A DNA stretch of 64,000 nucleotides, from positions 9,826-73,825 of the forward strand of contig JAFSRH010000036.1 of assembly GCA_017446225.1 (NCBI GenBank), written 5' to 3'. Made by a program: the position numbers and the translations under genes. Below, in pieces: positions 60,570-64,000 of this stretch (within the stretch, counting starts at the first letter, position 1; every line of letters begins with the position of its first letter). Source of the DNA: Oscillibacter sp. Lineage in GTDB: Bacteria > Bacillota > Clostridia > Oscillospirales > Oscillospiraceae. The notes under the pieces were generated by a model. It searched no databases and was not told the origin of the DNA. It saw nothing but the letters and a program-made list of their open reading frames with translations.

Positions 60570-62665
60570 GCTCCGACCGTCCTTTTCTCTTCAGACGCCT
60601 GCATGGTGATATTGCCAATGGACTGTATTTGCACCGTGCCCACGATTTCCGTAAACGAGAGCACGTAGAGATTCGGGAAATACTGCGAGAGAAGCCGGCT
60701 GAGATACACGCGGATGACCTGACTGGTCAGCAAGACGGGATTCTGTCCGAGTTCTTGGAATTTGCGGATGTGCTCCGCAAGCTGTGAAATCAGCGGCTGA
60801 ATCAGTTCCGGACCCATGGCAAGGTAAATGCCGCGCTCGTTCCGGGTGAGGGAAGCGACAATCCGCCGTTCGACCTCCCCGTCAAGGGTAATGGCGCGCA
60901 ACTGCCCGTTTTCGCAGAACTGCCGCGTGATGGTACGGCTCAGCGCGCCGCGTACGCTTTCGGTCAGGGTATCGGGGTCGCGGGTATTGCCCAGCGCGTC
61001 CACGAGGGTTTCCAGAATGGTGCCGAGGTCCCGAATGGGCACGCCCTCCATCAGCAGGTTACGCAGGACCTTTTCGAGCAGGGCATAGGACACGATGCCC
61101 GGACAGACTTCCTCCACCAGTTCGGGGGACGTCTTTTTCAGGTTTTCCACAAGCTGAATGGTTTCGCTCCGGCTGAGGAGTTCGTAAGCGTGCTGACGGA
61201 TGGTCTCCGAAAGGTGCGTGAGCATGACGGAAAGGGGGTCAATGACGGTATAGCCGTAGATTTCGGCCATTTCCTTGTTTTCGGGGAGAATCCAGCGGGC
61301 GGGGATACCGTAAGCGGGTTCAACGGTCTCAATGCCGTCAATGTCCTTGACGGGGTTGGACGGTTCGAGGGCAAGGTAGTAATCCATGAGGATTTCGCCG
61401 CGCGCGACTTCCTCCCCCTTGATGTAGATGATGTACTGGTTGGTTCCGAGCATGGAGCCGTCATGTAGGCGGACCGTGGGAATGACAAAGCCCATTTCCT
61501 GCGCGTACTGCCGCCGGAAGATGACGATCCGGTTGATGAGTTTCCCGCCGCTCCGCTCGTCCACCAGCGGAATCAGGCTGTAGCCGACTTCCATTTCAAT
61601 CGGTTCGACCGTGAGCAGGGAGTAAACGTTGCTGATATCCTTATAGTAATCGGCGGCGGTGGGGACCTCTTCGGCGGCCTCTTCGGGCGAGGCCTCCTCC
61701 GCGGCCTCCGTGGCCTCCTGCGCGCGCGCGCGCCGGAAGAGAAGCGTCCCGGCGACCGCCAAGGCGGTACCCACGATAAACAGGGATACGTGCGGCGTAT
61801 GGGGCAGGATACCCAGAAAAATCATGGCGCCTCCGGCCACGATAATGGCGGTGGGCTGTGACAGAAACTGGGAACGCATATCCTCCCCGAGACTGCCTTC
61901 CGAGACCGACCGCGTGACAATCATGCCCGTGGCGGTGGAAATCATCAGCGCGGGAAGCTGTGACACAAGGCCATCGCCCACGGTAGCGCGGGAGTAGACC
62001 TGTAACACCGTGGAAAAGTCCTGTCCGCCCATGACCATGCCAATGACAACGCCGCCTATCAGGTTGACCGCCGTCAAAATGATGGACATGGTCGAGTCGC
62101 CTTTGACAATCTTCGTTGCGCCGTCCATAGCGCCGTAGAAATCGGACTCGCGCTGAATTTTGGACCGGCGTAAACGCGCCTCCTGTTCGTCAATAATTCC
62201 CGTATTGAGGTCGGCGTCAATGGCCATCTGCTTTCCGGGCATGGCGTCCAGCGTGAACCGGGCCGCCACTTCCGCCACGCGTTCGGCGCCGCGCGTGATG
62301 ACGATTAACTGTACGAGGACGATAATGACAAAGATGATGAAGCCAATGACCACGTTACCGGCGGTAATCAACTGGCTGAAGGCGTCAATGACTTCCCCGG
62401 CGTAGCCGCCGTTAGAGAGGATCAGGCGCGTGGAAGAGACGTTCATCCCCAGCCGGAACAGGGTCGTGATGAGCAGAAGCGAGGGGAATATGGAAAACTC
62501 CAGCGCTTCGGAGATGTTCATCGTGATGACCAGAATAATGACCGACAGGGAGAGGTTGAGGACCAGCAGAATGTCCAGCAACTGCGGCGGAATGGGGATA
62601 ATCATAAACATGACGACCACAACGACAAACAGAGTGACCGCGTTATTTTCGATAAGTCGTCTCAT
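60566..62665 (-). CDS. flhA: Flagellar type III export protein FlhA
   Basis: FHIPEP signature region (RFTLDAMPGKQMAIDADLN) and long cytoplasmic C-domain. Confidence 0.96.
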   Translation of the reverse strand: MRRLIENNAVTLFVVVVVMFMIIPIPPQLLDILLVLNLSLSVIILVITMNISEALEFSIFPSLLLITTLFRLGMNVSSTRLILSNGGYAGEVIDAFSQLITAGNVVIGFIIFVIIVLVQLIVITRGAERVAEVAARFTLDAMPGKQMAIDADLNTGIIDEQEARLRRSKIQRESDFYGAMDGATKIVKGDSTMSIILTAVNLIGGVVIGMVMGGQDFSTVLQVYSRATVGDGLVSQLPALMISTATGMIVTRSVSEGSLGEDMRSQFLSQPTAIIVAGGAMIFLGILPHTPHVSLFIVGTALAVAGTLLFRRARAQEATEAAEEASPEEAAEEVPTAADYYKDISNVYSLLTVEPIEMEVGYSLIPLVDERSGGKLINRIVIFRRQYAQEMGFVIPTVRLHDGSMLGTNQYIIYIKGEEVARGEILMDYYLALEPSNPVKDIDGIETVEPAYGIPARWILPENKEMAEIYGYTVIDPLSVMLTHLSETIRQHAYELLSRSETIQLVENLKKTSPELVEEVCPGIVSYALLEKVLRNLLMEGVPIRDLGTILETLVDALGNTRDPDTLTESVRGALSRTITRQFCENGQLRAITLDGEVERRIVASLTRNERGIYLAMGPELIQPLISQLAEHIRKFQELGQNPVLLTSQVIRVYLSRLLSQYFPNLYVLSFTEIVGTVQIQSIGNITMQASEEKRTVGA

Positions 62666-62684
62666 GTACTGATACCTTTCCGCT

Positions 62685-63734
62685 TTACGCTTTCACGCGT
62701 CCGAGTTTATAGAGATAGACCATAATCTCCGCGACCTCTTCGTAGAGGTCCGGCGGAATGCTGTGATAAAGTTCCGACTTCGCGTACAAGGCCCGGGCCA
62801 GCGTCACGTTTTCCACAACGGTAATGTCGTGTTCTTCGGCGATGGCCACGATCCGGAGCGCGAGCGCGTCCAGCCCTTTGGCCAGCACCAGCGGGGCCTC
62901 GTCTACGTACGGCTTGTACCGCAACGCCACGGCCACGTGTTCCGGGTTACGGACAATGACATCGGCTTTCGGCACCTGTTGCATCATACGCTGTTGGGCG
63001 GCGCGGCGTTGTAATTCCTTGATTCGGCCCTTGATTTGCGGATCGCCTTCCGTCTGCTTGTACTCTTCCTTGATCTCCTGTTTCGACATCCTCATCTGTT
63101 TTTCGTAGTCCCACCACTGATAGAAGAAGTCGAGACCGGCCAAGGCCAGAAACGCCATCGCCACGCGGAGCAGCATAGCGAATATCGCGCCAAACAAATG
63201 GTCGGACGCCCCATTCAGGTCGGCGTACAGGTAGCGTTCCGAAATCCCCATCAGGTCCCGGAGGCTGGCATAAATCAGGTAAAGCAGAATCGAGACTTTC
63301 AACAGGTTCTTGAGGGCTTCCACTACGCTTCGCATGGAGAAAAGGTTCTGGAAGCCCTTTAAGGGGTTGATTTTCTCCATTTTCGGCTTGATCAGCTCAA
63401 AACTGACCAGTAAACGGGTCTGCGCGAGCGTGGCAATGACGGACAGCAACGCCGCCGCCACTAAAAACGGACCGGTCACTTCCGCAATCAGCGACACACA
63501 GCGTAACAGCATGGCATGGTTCGGGATTCCGCCGGTCTGCGTCCGCTGGATACAGGCGGCCATGAACGCGCCCACCGTGGACATTGACGCCGCGAACGTT
63601 GCGCGCATGACAATAATACTGCCGAACAGAGACGCCACCGATACCGCGTCCTTACTCAGAAAGACATGGCCTTTCTTCCGTTCATCTCTTCGCTTTTTTG
63701 GGGTTGCCTTTTCGGTTTTGGAATCATCCGGCAC
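62685..63734 (-). CDS. flhB: Flagellar export protein FlhB
   Basis: DDSKTEKATPKKRRDERKKG N-terminus and NPEH autocleavage-type site (RNPEHVAVAL). GTG start at 63734 with GAGGTGGGG RBS preferred. Confidence 0.93.
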   Translation of the reverse strand: MPDDSKTEKATPKKRRDERKKGHVFLSKDAVSVASLFGSIIVMRATFAASMSTVGAFMAACIQRTQTGGIPNHAMLLRCVSLIAEVTGPFLVAAALLSVIATLAQTRLLVSFELIKPKMEKINPLKGFQNLFSMRSVVEALKNLLKVSILLYLIYASLRDLMGISERYLYADLNGASDHLFGAIFAMLLRVAMAFLALAGLDFFYQWWDYEKQMRMSKQEIKEEYKQTEGDPQIKGRIKELQRRAAQQRMMQQVPKADVIVRNPEHVAVALRYKPYVDEAPLVLAKGLDALALRIVAIAEEHDITVVENVTLARALYAKSELYHSIPPDLYEEVAEIMVYLYKLGRVKA

Positions 63735-63801
63735 CGTTCCCCACCTCACTTACGGGCCGTTCCACGGCTTCCCGCCGCGGATCCGAACGCCTCCCCGCGG
63801 T

Positions 63802-64000
63802 TCAGCCGCTGACAAAAAGCGTCAGCGCGTCCCGCACGGACCCCAGAAGCACGGATTCCGTCTCTAACAGGAAGTTGCTCATGGGGGCCAGCAGTACCGA
63901 AAGCATAAGCATTCCGACAATCACTTTCAGTTCGATATTGATGGCAAAGACGTTAATTTGCGGGATGGCCTTCATCAGAATTCCCATGCCCATCTGGCCT
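63802..64000 (-). CDS. fliR: Flagellar export protein FliR, C-terminal part (N-terminus beyond the right edge)
   Basis: ...GMGILMKAIPQINVFAINIELKVIVGMLML... is typical of the FliR C-terminus. Position upstream of flhB. Confidence 0.8.
   Translation of the reverse strand, partial: GQMGMGILMKAIPQINVFAINIELKVIVGMLMLSVLLAPMSNFLLETESVLLGSVRDALTLFVSG

Overview
High-G+C, gene-dense chromosomal segment that looks Firmicutes/Clostridia-like (taxonomy is an inference from gene content, SLH surface proteins and Bacillus-type synteny). I call 57 protein-coding loci, about 50 of them on the minus strand in long, tightly packed co-directional runs. From left to right: livK-livH-livM amino-acid ABC transporter; SLH protein; cof-gluQ-trkA-trkH; uppP-ftsK plus an orphan histidine-kinase-like gene; gdpP-(LRR gene)-rplI-dnaB-tilS-hpt-ftsH; rpsB-tsf on the plus strand; ilvA-ridA-maa, followed by a surface-protein block (DUF6273-like lipoprotein and a 1130-aa vWA/lipase/SLH protein); a zinc-ribbon protein and a second LRR protein; purA; a DUF362 / SNF2-SWIM helicase / EFR1-type ferredoxin / DinJ-YoeB toxin-antitoxin islet; clpE-type ATPase; cvpA; truA-ecfT-ecfA2-ecfA1; a methyltransferase; two tandem DUF4230 genes; yjfB; and glpK fused onto the distal end of a fla/che operon (fliR-flhB-flhA-fliA-two rod genes-cheC-cheD-cheV-EAL/HDOD). 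I found no rRNA, tRNA, CRISPR array, transposase, integrase or riboswitch-sized leader. I do not see a convincing new multi-gene system. The most unusual observations are: (1) an in-frame TAA splitting the syntenic housekeeping ftsH; (2) a histidine-kinase homologue without a partner regulator whose phospho-acceptor His appears to be Lys; (3) an EAL-HDOD protein with apparently degenerate catalytic residues embedded in the fla/che operon; (4) sigma-D-type promoters in front of yjfB and possibly the DUF4230 pair; (5) accessory insertions of LRR and surface proteins into conserved synteny. All family assignments come from reading the translations by eye, and no database search was run.
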